This document shows positions 27,491-38,467 of a DNA stretch of 53,451 bases, in pieces. The stretch comes from a virus (taxonomy: Duplodnaviria > Caudoviricetes), in IMG/VR virus record IMGVR_UViG_3300030333_004406, positions 1 through 53,451 of that record; one strand, given 5' to 3'. Under the pieces are notes generated by a model, which had not been told where the DNA came from, made no database searches, and saw only the letters and a list, made by a program, of their open reading frames with translations. Made by a program: the position numbers and the translations under genes. Numbering within the stretch: the first letter of the stretch is position 1; every line of letters starts with the position of its first letter.

Positions 27491-30400
27491 TTAATAATTT
27501 GGAAAGTTTGACGTAGTTATATACGCTACATTCCCATTAACACTATTTTCTCTCCAACCATCTATGTGAGGAAACTGATTTGTTCCCACGTTATTAACCA
27601 TCCATATGTTTTCACCAAGACCTAAAGGATTTTGATCTGCACCAATAATATTGGTAAGATCAACTGTTTTATTTAATTTAACCGACCCGTCTGATCCAAC
27701 AACACCAACGTGAGCATTGTAAAAAATTATCGCAGCATTAGCTTGTGCTACTTCACCATTATTGGTAGCAAAATTTATTTTAATTTTATTGTCATAAACG
27801 CCCCCCGGATCTGTTATATTCACCTGCCATGTTGTGGTGTAATGCGTGTCTCTGCTTAAAGATATTGTTGTATTATTACCGCCAAAGTAGTTCATTAAAT
27901 TAGCTTCTACACCACCTATTTCCACTGTAAGTGGTGATGAAGACGGCCAATACTCAGAAGTCAATCCTAACGTTGATCGCAAGTATATACCAAAAGTAAA
28001 GGTTATGGTGTCACCTGTTTCATGTACGTATGAATCAAGTATACTTTGATGCTTTATTCCCCATGGAGAGTTTCCAATTGATTGAGAATTCATAAATGTA
28101 AACATAGACCAAGGCCCGTCCCAATCATCACTATCTTGTATCACTAGGGATTGGTTAATGTTAACAACATCGGGATCTGTTATATTGGTCGCTAGTCCAA
28201 TACCTTGTACTGTAGATTCTTCTTCATTTATAAATGCGTCTAATGTACTGTCAGTGTCTTGAAACAAATTACCACTTATATAACTAAACCATTTACCCTC
28301 TTTTTTAATAAAATCTGAAACCCTACCAGCGTTTAAATCTGTTTTTATTTCAGACGGTGTGTCAACGTACCAACCTCTATTATTATTTAAATTATAGTAT
28401 TCTCCATCTGATAAATTATTTAACCAATTTCCAGCCTTATCTTGTATACTAAAGTCTAGAAATTGTGAGACTCTACTTTGTGAACCTTCATAGTTTATAG
28501 AATTAAAGGATTTTACAGTATCTGGTCTATCGTTAAATATTATATCAACCGTGCTTTCTGCAAATTGTCCATTGAAAGTATTTCTATTTACATCTGATCT
28601 ATTGTGTTCAAAAATTCTATTACCAAGACCAGTTAAATACCTTCCAGCAACTGAAAGTCCAGTAGAGTGACTATAAGACTTGAAACTTACCCACCCTTTT
28701 GCCACTTCGTTAAAAGAAATGGTATTAAATAAAATAGGTTCATCTACATCAAAATCAATTTCTTCATCTTTGTATGCTAAAGTGATATTATACTCACCAT
28801 TAAAAGCGTCAAATGATCCAATTATAGATTTTGTTGTTCTTAACTTATCATTAAACCAAGTTTTCATACCAACATTAGATATTGGCGTTAATCCATCTCT
28901 AGATAACCTTAAAACAGCTCCACGTTGTTTATCCGTAAAATACATTCTAAAATTATCCCAAGCTAGTGATTCAGGATTTTTTGATATACCATAGTCACCA
29001 ACAAAAGGTATTGTTTGTCCAAGAACTCTATCTGTTGCAGTTAAATTGGGATTACCTTCAGCGTTAAATACAGCATCTTTGTTGGCTAAAACTTTTAATA
29101 TTTTATCTTCGCAGAAAGTAATAACATCTGTATCTCTAGTTTTTAACCTTTGTATAGAACCATATGCTGGATTTAAGTCTTTAGTTATTTTTTCTCCCAT
29201 GTTAAATTGATTCAGATCATTAACACTTGAGTTTGAATTATATAGACCTGAGTATATCATACCACTACCTCTAACTTCCTCTTTATATTCTAAGAAAGTT
29301 GTCGACGCTTTAATACCGTTATCTATAGTTGGAGCGTTAAAATCATCTCTTATTCTATTTGACTCAACTCCATTTCCAAATGAATAACAATTAAACCAGT
29401 TTAGTTGTATAGGATAGTTGTACACGTCTTGATCTATTCTATACCAACCGTCCGTGGGACCATTTGAAAAAGTAATTGGCACTGCAACTGGATTTAACCA
29501 ACTACTAAATGTATTTACAGAGAATGGTGTAATTGCTACAATGGTCAACGCACCACCGGGATTATAATAAACCACTAAAACCTGGCATGGACCCGATATA
29601 ATATCACCAGTTACCTGCATACCCTCTTCTATACCTAACACTTCGACGTCCTGGCCAGATATGATAAGATAATTGACTCCGGTATTTGAGCTTCCCCATC
29701 CAAATCCATTCACTGTTACACCACCGCCATTGTCATCAACAACAGCAACACCATTATCATCTATGGTAGCTATAGCCTCTACATTAGATCTAGTAATTGT
29801 TCCATCATTGTGTTTAAACTCTAATGTATCTCCAATTAATAAATCTGTAACACCAGTAGGCGTACCATCATTATTTTGATCACATAGAAGTTCAATACAA
29901 CGAGGTCCATTAGTATCGTTTACATATACTGGATTTGGATATATTGGACTAGCTACAGGTTGTTGTGTTGACAAATCAATAACGTTTCTTATCACGTTGA
30001 CTCTAGCTGGAACAGCAACTTTAGTTTTTGGCTGAGTATATTGTACTATACTCTCTGTTGTTAATCTTACTGGTATAGCATTTGAGGCTTCGTAATATAT
30101 ATCTAAATCGGCACTTTTTTTAGGTTCTGTTTCCCAACAAGCGCCCTCTGTCAATGAATTTTCATTAGAAAGATTATCTTCGTCATTAGATCTTAATATT
30201 TGAATTTGAATAGATCCATAATTTCCATCATCATCAGCAACACCATTGTGATATAATAAACCTCTAGGATCCCAAAGATTTGAATTAATACCTTGACCTG
30301 GTTCAAAGGTTTCTGATCCAGTAACTCTACCAAATCTAACTATAATTGTACTTCTTATATCACCTATTAAACCTTCGTTAAGACCGTGGTTTTTTAATGG

Positions 30401-33400
30401 ACCTGGAACATTAAAAGGCACACCTACCGTTTCATACATGGTTACGTTCCCCATACCACCAGTTGCATAAGCATAGTCGTCACTCATTTCAAGTATAAAA
30501 CTCGTATTGTCTACTTCGTAGACATTATCGGTTGGATCATTTGCAAATCTAAATCTAGTACCAGGTGTCATCATGTGACCTCTGAACAATGAGTTATTAG
30601 CGCCACCTATTCCGGGTGTATTCCAACCTCCTAAAACAGAGAAAGTTAATTCATTAAACATACCACTAGGACTCATCAAGGCGCCCTGATTTGCGTTTGG
30701 CTCAGCATATGTCATAACTGAATTAAAACCTTTTAGCTCTCCACTATTAGGTACACCACCAGGAATATACCAACCACCACTATAACTTATATCAGTATTT
30801 ATTTCGAACCCATCTGGTGAATTTGCACCTCCACTAGTTGTTGCTATAGCAACCGCATCATTCCAATTGTCAACAAATAACGTGGTGCCACCTTGAACGT
30901 TAAAAAGGCCCTGTCCAAACCCATTATCAACAGTCCAACCAAAAGCATCTATAACATTGTATGCTGGTGTTGCATCTATAAATATATCAGCCTTTCTATT
31001 AGGATGAGCGTGCCAGGCATTCCAATAATCCGACACTCTTTGTTGATTAGAACTCCATGCAGTTTGCGGGGCAAGTGATGTTCCACCGTAATCAAAATAC
31101 CCGTTAACATTCCACGCTGATCCCGCTGTTGCTGTTCCTCCATTAACAGCATTTGAATTTGCTGGATTAAAACCACTATTACTAATATATGTTACTTCAA
31201 ATTGATCTTCAATTATATAATCACCACTATACTCATGTAAAACATTTTGAGATAGTGTAGCATCTTTTTCTATTTTAACAAAAAATCTACCGTCAAATCG
31301 CGGAGCACTCTCTATGTGTTCGTCCTTAAACTCTAAGAAATACGTTATATCAACACACTCAGTGTCAGCCGTGTCTATAGTTACACCTAATGTTTGTGTA
31401 AAGTGAAGATAAGCATTAGCTTCGTTACCAAATGTTTCAGACATCACAACACCTCTAGATGTTGTACCCTGAGCACCATCTATTAATCTACCTATTTTCT
31501 TCCAACCAGTTTTATATGTAGCTTCAACAGGCGCTTGTAACCAACCACCCTGCACCTGATCATCACCAGCAAAATCATTTTGAATAGCGGCAGTATTACC
31601 AGGTCTGTACTCTGCTACTATTCTACCGTAATTAGTATCACCTTTAAATGCTCCTTTATCTAAACCAGCATCATTAAATTCATTACTACCTAATAGAATT
31701 TTTCTTCTACCTATTAGTCCATCAGGAACACCAGAAGGATCACCACCGTTACCAATGTTTTGTTGTATATTGTCCACCCCGTAAGCTGCGTTATTATAAA
31801 CTATAGAGTTTGGTATACGAATCATATCCATTCTTCTACCATCTCGTTTTATGTAATCTGGTGCTTCATTTTCTATGGCTATAATTTTATATCTAGCGTT
31901 TTCTAAAACAGGGTTTTGATCACCATGTCCATTTTTAAGAATTAAATAAGTTTCTAAATCAACTTTATTTCTATCTGCAGATGGAAAAGCTAACCACACG
32001 TTACCGTCTTCAGCATCATACCATCTATCCATTACTAAATTGTGGTATTCACTGGATGTTTCCTTGACATAGTATTTAACATAATCTATCCAACTTGGTG
32101 GAGATTGATTTTGCCAAACTTGTGTTAATATAAATTTATTAGATTTTCCACAATATTCCTTACCAATAGCGACATCTCCAGTTATAGTTAAAGCATCTCC
32201 AGCTTCCCCAGATGTTATAGAACTAGCTATAACCGGAGTTTCTCTTCCGTACTCATCTCCAAACACCATACCAAATTTATAACTTCTTAGAGATTTAACG
32301 GATTTAACTGGCATTAAGGCGGGTACTTCTTCGCTGAACAGTATTTGCTCTAAACCAACTGATTGATTTATATCATAACCCTGGGTGTAATTACCATAAA
32401 TCAATCTACTACCACTTATTTCTTGAGATAAAGCTTTTCTTGGAACATTATCCCAAGCTCTAATCAACTGGTTTGATGGCAAAGACTTATGTATCATTTC
32501 TGATGTTAATACTATGGATCCAGTATTATCTCCTTGTTCAGAGGTAAATAATTCCCATTCATTATCTATCTCTCTAGTTATAGTTCTAACAACATAGACG
32601 TTTTGATCATTTGTTGTTTTAAATAATATATCAATCGTTTTAACATCACTGGGCCTGAGAATATCTGGTGGTATAAAATCAGATATGGTTAACATTCTAA
32701 CGTTATTAGTCATACCCACGTTATAACCATTTTTAGCATTATATAAGAACTTACCAGGAAGAAACGCTAATTCTGACCATGGAGAAAAAGTAGAATATTC
32801 ATTATCATCATATCTATATCTATAAGCAAATCTACCTAATTGTAACTCAAATAAAGGTTTTGAAGTTTGAAGATTAGCCTCCCAATTAGTGATAACACTG
32901 GTTACATTGGAATTAACATTAGTTAATTTAACTGAGATTTCGGTTCCTCCAATCTCACTAGTCAAGTTTAAAACAGCCGCGGTTATAGTTATTGCTTCGT
33001 TTTGATCGAAATTAGTAAAAGTAAGTAGATCACCAGCTAAAATATCCACTTCTTCTTCCACCATTATAGTTTGCTCATCTCCCACTAATGGTAACATTGA
33101 TATACCTGTTTCAGGATTTATCGTGTTAAAGCTATGCGAAATATTAAACGTCGTTGTACCACTCCTTGTTGTTCCTCGCATTACAATATTCGGTGCTTGT
33201 TTTGGAGCTTTACGTATAACAGTTATGTTTTCTTTTTTTAGATATGCATTATCTAAACCGGGTTCTAAGTCTGTTACTGGTACTATATCGCCGGTTAGTG
33301 GATTTGTGACGTACAGTAAAGAATGTCTAGTTCCGTCATTAACTAAGGCTTGACCAGAGGAAAGATCTATTGGATTTGTGCCCAATATACTTTTATCAAT

Positions 33401-34243
33401 ATTTATCTTTTTAGGCTCGTTGTGATTATCTGTCCAAAATAGTAGATTGTTGATAACATTTATTCCAGTTATATACCTATTTGGACTAAGATTTAATAAT
33501 CTTTTTTCTTCAGGCATTTTAAATATTACACCTACAGCACCACCAAGTCCTAATGTTTGAGACGTATTTAAAACAATTGTATCATTTTCATTGGCGTTGT
33601 TATTTGAAATAACATCTTGGACTAATACCCAATCTGGTTCCCCATTTTCATTTATTAGCAAATGAAAACCGTCTTCGTCAAAAACTCCAATCTCCATACC
33701 TGGTATGTAATTGCTAGCTGTTTGGGGTAAAATATTTAACGACGTCCAACCCTGAGCAGTATTTGACGGGTTAAACATCGCTTCAGCAAAAACAGCACCT
33801 ATATTACCAGCGGTAATAAATCTATCGACTATAACATATGTCATGGTGCCGTCCACATGTTGTTGAACTATGTAATCGGCCCACGTTTCAATTTCATCTA
33901 ACCCTGATAACTCCTCACCACTATATCCAGTGTAGGTAGGTGCTGATACAAAAAAATACGCAGTATCATTCTTGTCATCAGCGACACTTCCAACAATAGT
34001 TGTACTTTCTTCTGTAAGAGTAAATAAATTATCTTTAGTAAGTAGCGCTGTTTCTCCCACCACCACGTTACCAGGAATATTTTGAATAACACCAGCGTCA
34101 CCAACACCATTGCTAGCACCACCGCTATCGGTTGTTCTAATTTGAATATTCATGGCATCACGATACTCACCGTTAGGTAGAACTCTCTCGTCAAGATCTT
34201 TATTCATTCTACCTGTTGTAAAACTATGTTTAATTTCTGGCAT
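27491..34243 (-). CDS. Tail stabilization / nozzle (muzzle-like) protein
   Basis: N-terminus FTTGRMNKDLDERVLPNGEYRDAMNI, LLFWTDNHNEPKKIN and beta-propeller-like C-terminal motifs (YGISKNPES, YFTDKQRGAVLRLSRDG, GWVSF), as in crAss-like tail stabilization proteins. Confidence 0.75.
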   Translation of the reverse strand: MPEIKHSFTTGRMNKDLDERVLPNGEYRDAMNIQIRTTDSGGASNGVGDAGVIQNIPGNVVVGETALLTKDNLFTLTEESTTIVGSVADDKNDTAYFFVSAPTYTGYSGEELSGLDEIETWADYIVQQHVDGTMTYVIVDRFITAGNIGAVFAEAMFNPSNTAQGWTSLNILPQTASNYIPGMEIGVFDEDGFHLLINENGEPDWVLVQDVISNNNANENDTIVLNTSQTLGLGGAVGVIFKMPEEKRLLNLSPNRYITGINVINNLLFWTDNHNEPKKINIDKSILGTNPIDLSSGQALVNDGTRHSLLYVTNPLTGDIVPVTDLEPGLDNAYLKKENITVIRKAPKQAPNIVMRGTTRSGTTTFNISHSFNTINPETGISMLPLVGDEQTIMVEEEVDILAGDLLTFTNFDQNEAITITAAVLNLTSEIGGTEISVKLTNVNSNVTSVITNWEANLQTSKPLFELQLGRFAYRYRYDDNEYSTFSPWSELAFLPGKFLYNAKNGYNVGMTNNVRMLTISDFIPPDILRPSDVKTIDILFKTTNDQNVYVVRTITREIDNEWELFTSEQGDNTGSIVLTSEMIHKSLPSNQLIRAWDNVPRKALSQEISGSRLIYGNYTQGYDINQSVGLEQILFSEEVPALMPVKSVKSLRSYKFGMVFGDEYGRETPVIASSITSGEAGDALTITGDVAIGKEYCGKSNKFILTQVWQNQSPPSWIDYVKYYVKETSSEYHNLVMDRWYDAEDGNVWLAFPSADRNKVDLETYLILKNGHGDQNPVLENARYKIIAIENEAPDYIKRDGRRMDMIRIPNSIVYNNAAYGVDNIQQNIGNGGDPSGVPDGLIGRRKILLGSNEFNDAGLDKGAFKGDTNYGRIVAEYRPGNTAAIQNDFAGDDQVQGGWLQAPVEATYKTGWKKIGRLIDGAQGTTSRGVVMSETFGNEANAYLHFTQTLGVTIDTADTECVDITYFLEFKDEHIESAPRFDGRFFVKIEKDATLSQNVLHEYSGDYIIEDQFEVTYISNSGFNPANSNAVNGGTATAGSAWNVNGYFDYGGTSLAPQTAWSSNQQRVSDYWNAWHAHPNRKADIFIDATPAYNVIDAFGWTVDNGFGQGLFNVQGGTTLFVDNWNDAVAIATTSGGANSPDGFEINTDISYSGGWYIPGGVPNSGELKGFNSVMTYAEPNANQGALMSPSGMFNELTFSVLGGWNTPGIGGANNSLFRGHMMTPGTRFRFANDPTDNVYEVDNTSFILEMSDDYAYATGGMGNVTMYETVGVPFNVPGPLKNHGLNEGLIGDIRSTIIVRFGRVTGSETFEPGQGINSNLWDPRGLLYHNGVADDDGNYGSIQIQILRSNDEDNLSNENSLTEGACWETEPKKSADLDIYYEASNAIPVRLTTESIVQYTQPKTKVAVPARVNVIRNVIDLSTQQPVASPIYPNPVYVNDTNGPRCIELLCDQNNDGTPTGVTDLLIGDTLEFKHNDGTITRSNVEAIATIDDNGVAVVDDNGGGVTVNGFGWGSSNTGVNYLIISGQDVEVLGIEEGMQVTGDIISGPCQVLVVYYNPGGALTIVAITPFSVNTFSSWLNPVAVPITFSNGPTDGWYRIDQDVYNYPIQLNWFNCYSFGNGVESNRIRDDFNAPTIDNGIKASTTFLEYKEEVRGSGMIYSGLYNSNSSVNDLNQFNMGEKITKDLNPAYGSIQRLKTRDTDVITFCEDKILKVLANKDAVFNAEGNPNLTATDRVLGQTIPFVGDYGISKNPESLAWDNFRMYFTDKQRGAVLRLSRDGLTPISNVGMKTWFNDKLRTTKSIIGSFDAFNGEYNITLAYKDEEIDFDVDEPILFNTISFNEVAKGWVSFKSYSHSTGLSVAGRYLTGLGNRIFEHNRSDVNRNTFNGQFAESTVDIIFNDRPDTVKSFNSINYEGSQSRVSQFLDFSIQDKAGNWLNNLSDGEYYNLNNNRGWYVDTPSEIKTDLNAGRVSDFIKKEGKWFSYISGNLFQDTDSTLDAFINEEESTVQGIGLATNITDPDVVNINQSLVIQDSDDWDGPWSMFTFMNSQSIGNSPWGIKHQSILDSYVHETGDTITFTFGIYLRSTLGLTSEYWPSSSPLTVEIGGVEANLMNYFGGNNTTISLSRDTHYTTTWQVNITDPGGVYDNKIKINFATNNGEVAQANAAIIFYNAHVGVVGSDGSVKLNKTVDLTNIIGADQNPLGLGENIWMVNNVGTNQFPHIDGWRENSVNGNVAYITTSNFPNY

Positions 34244-34247
34244 AATG

Positions 34248-35120
34248 CTATTTTATTGGTTTACTTAATCCTTTTAAAATTTGAGTAAATTCCTCAATCT
34301 TAATGTTTGATAATCTTATTTTTGCTTTTCTAGTTTCAGCAAATTTTTCTTTTTTAAATCTTTGTACTATATATTCTGGCATATTAGATCTTGTAGATAG
34401 TATACCGTACATTATCCATTTATATACAGCTTCTTCGCAGAATTTATGTACAACCATCTCGTCATCAGTACCTAAACCATCACTTATATATCTTAATACT
34501 ACTGTTTTTCCACCTAAAGAAGAACCAAAGTGTATCCAGTTCTCTGGATAATCTATAAAAAATGTTCCATTTTGTTGTGCATATTGTGGATCCAATCCAT
34601 ACCTTCTACCTCTATGATCTAATATTGAATCAGAACTTGCACTATCAATAGACCCTGTATCATCGTCACCTATACTACTCCAGTTTGTTGAAGTTGTAGA
34701 AGCACCAGCTCCAATTAAACTACCAGTGTTATCATATTGATAATTACCATTTTCATCTTGTGATATATGAAACGGAGAAGATGTTTTACCTGTTGGATAC
34801 AATACTCTTTCTATTCCATCACTACCAACTCTAGATAGTTTAACGTAGTTTATGTAGTCGTGCGGGAGTGGTGTTACTAACGTGTTCGGGACTTCAAATT
34901 CTATTAATTTAACAGATCTAAAAACATCGTAAGAAAGTTCTTGAATAGCGCGCATAGCATGAAACTGAACATCTGTTCTATTTACTTTGTTTATTATTTT
35001 ATCTTCTCCAACATAAGTGTACATAAAAGCACTTATTATATTATGTAGCGATACAAACTGATAATGACTATTAGCTAGTCCAGTTGCACTTTGAGGTGTT
35101 ACATTATCAAAAAATCCCAT
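34248..35120 (-). CDS. Tail tubular / ring (adaptor) protein
   Basis: LPHDYINYVKL motif; positioned between the capsid block and the nozzle gene. Confidence 0.6.
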   Translation of the reverse strand: MGFFDNVTPQSATGLANSHYQFVSLHNIISAFMYTYVGEDKIINKVNRTDVQFHAMRAIQELSYDVFRSVKLIEFEVPNTLVTPLPHDYINYVKLSRVGSDGIERVLYPTGKTSSPFHISQDENGNYQYDNTGSLIGAGASTTSTNWSSIGDDDTGSIDSASSDSILDHRGRRYGLDPQYAQQNGTFFIDYPENWIHFGSSLGGKTVVLRYISDGLGTDDEMVVHKFCEEAVYKWIMYGILSTRSNMPEYIVQRFKKEKFAETRKAKIRLSNIKIEEFTQILKGLSKPIK

Positions 35121-35122
35121 AG

Positions 35123-35929
35123 TTAATTATTTTGTGATTGGTGAGTACTTTGTATATCTATCATAGCAGCTTGTTGCACACTAGGATCTTCTATGATAAC
35201 ACCTGCTAGTTGAAGTATTCTATTTACTAAACGCTCTTCTTCAGAAACGTGTAGTTCAAAATTAATACTAGTGTTTACATTAAATAAAGCTGAGTTATTA
35301 GCAACAACATATCCCCATTGTGGTGCCATTGGCACTCTCCAGTAATAAAGTGAAAATGTTGTTTGCAATGTTGGAGTTGGATATATCCTTAATCTACTAT
35401 TACTGTCTCTAACAAAAACAGGTCTTATTTGCGAGGCAGCTAGTAGTGGATGATGTTGAGAATATACAACTTCTTTATTTGTCATCTCTGTTACCTCTGT
35501 AAAATGAAGATCTTCAATACCAGGAGTTGTAGCATTAGCAATATCGTCTGTAGCAAATGAAAAACCCTCAGGCACAATATGTACTTTTTTTAATGCGTCT
35601 ATCATGTATAAATTTTCATCAACGTTGATACCTAATTCACTTATGATACCAGTTAAATCAATCCAACTATTACCCGCATCTTGAATCCAAGTCGCTATAG
35701 TTTGAAAAGGTTGTAGTTTTTCTTGATTCATTTCTATATCATCAAATCCACTACCCATTTGATTTTTCTTTTTATGATAAGCTGTTTTTGTATCATGAAA
35801 ATAACTATCAAATATCTCCATTTGAACCTTATTAGCTAATAAATTAAACTCTTGAGGTGTTATATAACCTCTTTGTTCTTTATTAGCTAAAGCTAAAACT
35901 TTTTGATATACGTTATCTATTCTAACCAT
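35123..35929 (-). CDS. Tail tubular / ring (head-tail adaptor) protein
   Basis: ANKEQRGYITPQEFN...YWRVP..PQWGY...FELH; typical position after the capsid genes. Confidence 0.6.
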   Translation of the reverse strand: MVRIDNVYQKVLALANKEQRGYITPQEFNLLANKVQMEIFDSYFHDTKTAYHKKKNQMGSGFDDIEMNQEKLQPFQTIATWIQDAGNSWIDLTGIISELGINVDENLYMIDALKKVHIVPEGFSFATDDIANATTPGIEDLHFTEVTEMTNKEVVYSQHHPLLAASQIRPVFVRDSNSRLRIYPTPTLQTTFSLYYWRVPMAPQWGYVVANNSALFNVNTSINFELHVSEEERLVNRILQLAGVIIEDPSVQQAAMIDIQSTHQSQNN

Positions 35930-35948
35930 TTTGTTTACTTTATAATAT

Positions 35949-35971
35949 ATTTTACTATATTATAGTTACAT
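35949..35971 (-). promoter_or_regulatory. Putative late promoter / operator, 23-bp copy 2 (ATGTAACTATAATATAGTAAAAT)
   Basis: Near-identical to 25044-25066; lies just downstream of a terminator and upstream of the tail genes. Confidence 0.65.
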
Positions 35972-35994
35972 ACTAAGTAGAAAGGTTAGCACCT

Positions 35995-36027
35995 AAATAA
36001 AAATAGCCACTCCTTTCGGGTGGCTAT
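35995..36027 (-). terminator. Rho-independent terminator after the 272-aa gene
   Basis: Minus strand ATAGCCAC-CCGAAAGGA-GTGGCTAT followed by TTTTATTT. Confidence 0.8.
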
Positions 36028-36047
36028 CTCTACTAGATTAAGAATTA

Positions 36048-36866
36048 TTATTTCATTCTTTTTTCTATGTTTGCGTATATTTCCATTCCTTCATCTGTTT
36101 TGAAGAAAGCAGCTAGCGCTGAATATGGGTGTTCGTCAAATGGAATAGTCATAACTTTTCTATCATTAGAAGACCACATAAAGTATCGTTGATCAGAGGA
36201 TAATTTAAGTATTCCAGCTTCAACAGCTTTAATACCAAAATTTCTAAGTTCAACACTATCATCAGAGACGAGTTCTATGAATAGTTTAGGATTTCTTTTA
36301 GCAAATAATAGTAAATCTCTTTTAAGTTCTTTAGAACTCATATTAGATACTTCAGATCCAATCTCTACTCTCATAATCGCTTCAGCTATATCAATATCTA
36401 AATTTTTAGCTAACATTAATGCTTCAACTTCAAACTCTAACCAATCTAAATGATTTTCAGCTATCTTAACAGGTTCGTGTTCATAAAACACTCTACCATT
36501 ATGCGGGTGATATATAGATAAAAACTTCTGTAATGTCACTTGTTCTTTAGGAACAAAAAGCGCTCCACTTCTAAAAACTATATGTTCTAATCTCTGTTCA
36601 CCCTTCATTTCATCAACAAAACATGTTCTTTGGTTTTGACAATATTTTATTTCTCTTTCAAAACCAGCTTCTTCATCAAACCAATATAAATCACAAGACT
36701 TAATTGATCTTGATAAAGGTTTCTGTCTACCTTTTAAATAGTAAATTCTATCTTTAATCTCCCATTTAGGTTTTTGTGGTTCTTTTTTTACCACCGGTTT
36801 CTCCATAGTAACCGTTTCTTTAACTACAGGTTCTTCAACCTTAGTTGTTTCTTTTTTCTTTGCCAT
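36048..36866 (-). CDS. Conserved phage protein downstream of the major capsid gene (hypothetical)
   Basis: 272 aa with a low-complexity K/E/P N-terminus; flanked by terminators. Confidence 0.7.
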   Translation of the reverse strand: MAKKKETTKVEEPVVKETVTMEKPVVKKEPQKPKWEIKDRIYYLKGRQKPLSRSIKSCDLYWFDEEAGFEREIKYCQNQRTCFVDEMKGEQRLEHIVFRSGALFVPKEQVTLQKFLSIYHPHNGRVFYEHEPVKIAENHLDWLEFEVEALMLAKNLDIDIAEAIMRVEIGSEVSNMSSKELKRDLLLFAKRNPKLFIELVSDDSVELRNFGIKAVEAGILKLSSDQRYFMWSSNDRKVMTIPFDEHPYSALAAFFKTDEGMEIYANIEKRMK

Positions 36867-36890
36867 AATATAATATATAATATAATTAAT

Positions 36891-36925
36891 AAAAAATATA
36901 AGGGCGATACTAGACCGCCCTTATA
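36891..36925 (-). terminator. Rho-independent terminator after the major capsid gene
   Basis: Minus strand TATAAGGGCG-GTCTAGTAT-CGCCCTTATA followed by TTTTTT. Confidence 0.8.
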
Positions 36926-36937
36926 AAATAAAGTGTC

Positions 36938-38446
36938 CTACTTCATTAACATGAAGTTGTTAGCACCTTGTGTAATTAAACATCTTTCTGATAACATGTG
37001 AATTTGCATAGCATCAAGCGATGTAGTAGCAGCTCCAACAGAACCAGTTGTCCAAGTTTTTAACTTTCTGTTATCTGTTTTAGAAGCTCTATATCTAACG
37101 TGTAAGAATGGTCTCTTCATATTCTTACCCATTTGTTGATCATATACAGTTGATGTACCAGCTGGTATCATAACACCTCTAATAGCATCTGCAGCATTAG
37201 CGGCATTAATACCACCTCTTGTAGCTAAATCATTCAAGTATCTAAAGTCAGATTTATAGAAGTCATAAGAACCTCTTCTAAATCCTGAGAAACCTAAATT
37301 AAGCGCCATGTTCTCGTCGTTGTCAAATACTCCATAAGAAGTACCTCCAGCTCCGTAAGAATTCATAGAAGCTAACATATCATCCATTGCTAAACTAGTA
37401 GCTCTATTTACAAACATCATGTATTCTTCAATAGCACCTTGTTTATCAAACTCCGCTAAAATAGCATCAAACTCAGCTAAATCAGTAGCAGCGTTAACAC
37501 CAGTAACACCAGAAGTAATATTACCTCTTGACTCAATAGCAGCGAATAAACCTTCAGTACCAACTAGAGTATCAGTGTCAGAACCATAAACAAACGAGTC
37601 TACAGCATTTTCAGCAGAATCATCTGTATCATCAGCTTTAACAGCTTCTAACATTGACATTTCTAAGTAATCAGTAAATCTAGCTCTTGTGTCAGCTTCA
37701 GCTTTTAAATACCAAAGATAACCTGATTGTCCTTCTTCACCAGATACTTCAACCCAACCAATTCTAGCTGTATCAGATCCTGATACCTCGTAGTAATCTT
37801 TCATTATGATTGGTTTGTTAGAGAATGACTTGAAATCTGGTTCATTAGCACCTCTTGACTCAGCTTCCGTAGAAGCAGCAGCGTTAGTGTAATAACCAGT
37901 TCCTTTATTGTATTCAGAACCATAAACTAAAAGAGTAGTACCAATAGCTGTATTTGTAGCTGTAAGTGCAGCACCATAAGGCGCAAGTGTTATATCATCA
38001 GTTGAAACAGCTGTAACGATACATTTTCTTATTTGATTAACATCTGAAATAATAACAGTATCATTTACTCTAATACCGTGGTGTATACCAGATAAACCGT
38101 TTGAAATACCAGTAGTACCAGTACCAGCACCTTTAGCACCATCAATATCTTGTTGTACTATAAATGAGGTTGTATCTGTTAATCTACCCTTATAAGATAG
38201 ATGTAATCTACCTTGTTCAGACCATACAACTTGATCAGCTTGCATAGCCTCTTCCGCTCCAACTTTTTCTAAGAAACCTCCAATAGTTCGCGGACCGAAT
38301 ACTTCAGCTTCTTTTTCCATTAAGTCAGGCAGGAATTGTTGAGCCCAGTCATTAGCACCGGACGTAAAATCCAAAAAGTTACTAGCTAAAGCTTGCTGTT
38401 GTGCAGCAGGCGTGCTATTTAACAATGGACCAGTAGTAATTGCCAT
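36938..38446 (-). CDS. Major capsid protein
   Basis: 502 aa after portal and scaffold and followed by a terminator; motifs VVWSEQGRLH, NKPIIMKDYYEVSGSD, GTEGLFAAI, GFSGFRRGSYDF. Confidence 0.85.
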   Translation of the reverse strand: MAITTGPLLNSTPAAQQQALASNFLDFTSGANDWAQQFLPDLMEKEAEVFGPRTIGGFLEKVGAEEAMQADQVVWSEQGRLHLSYKGRLTDTTSFIVQQDIDGAKGAGTGTTGISNGLSGIHHGIRVNDTVIISDVNQIRKCIVTAVSTDDITLAPYGAALTATNTAIGTTLLVYGSEYNKGTGYYTNAAASTEAESRGANEPDFKSFSNKPIIMKDYYEVSGSDTARIGWVEVSGEEGQSGYLWYLKAEADTRARFTDYLEMSMLEAVKADDTDDSAENAVDSFVYGSDTDTLVGTEGLFAAIESRGNITSGVTGVNAATDLAEFDAILAEFDKQGAIEEYMMFVNRATSLAMDDMLASMNSYGAGGTSYGVFDNDENMALNLGFSGFRRGSYDFYKSDFRYLNDLATRGGINAANAADAIRGVMIPAGTSTVYDQQMGKNMKRPFLHVRYRASKTDNRKLKTWTTGSVGAATTSLDAMQIHMLSERCLITQGANNFMLMK

Positions 38447-38467
38447 AATTAATTTATTTTAAAATTG

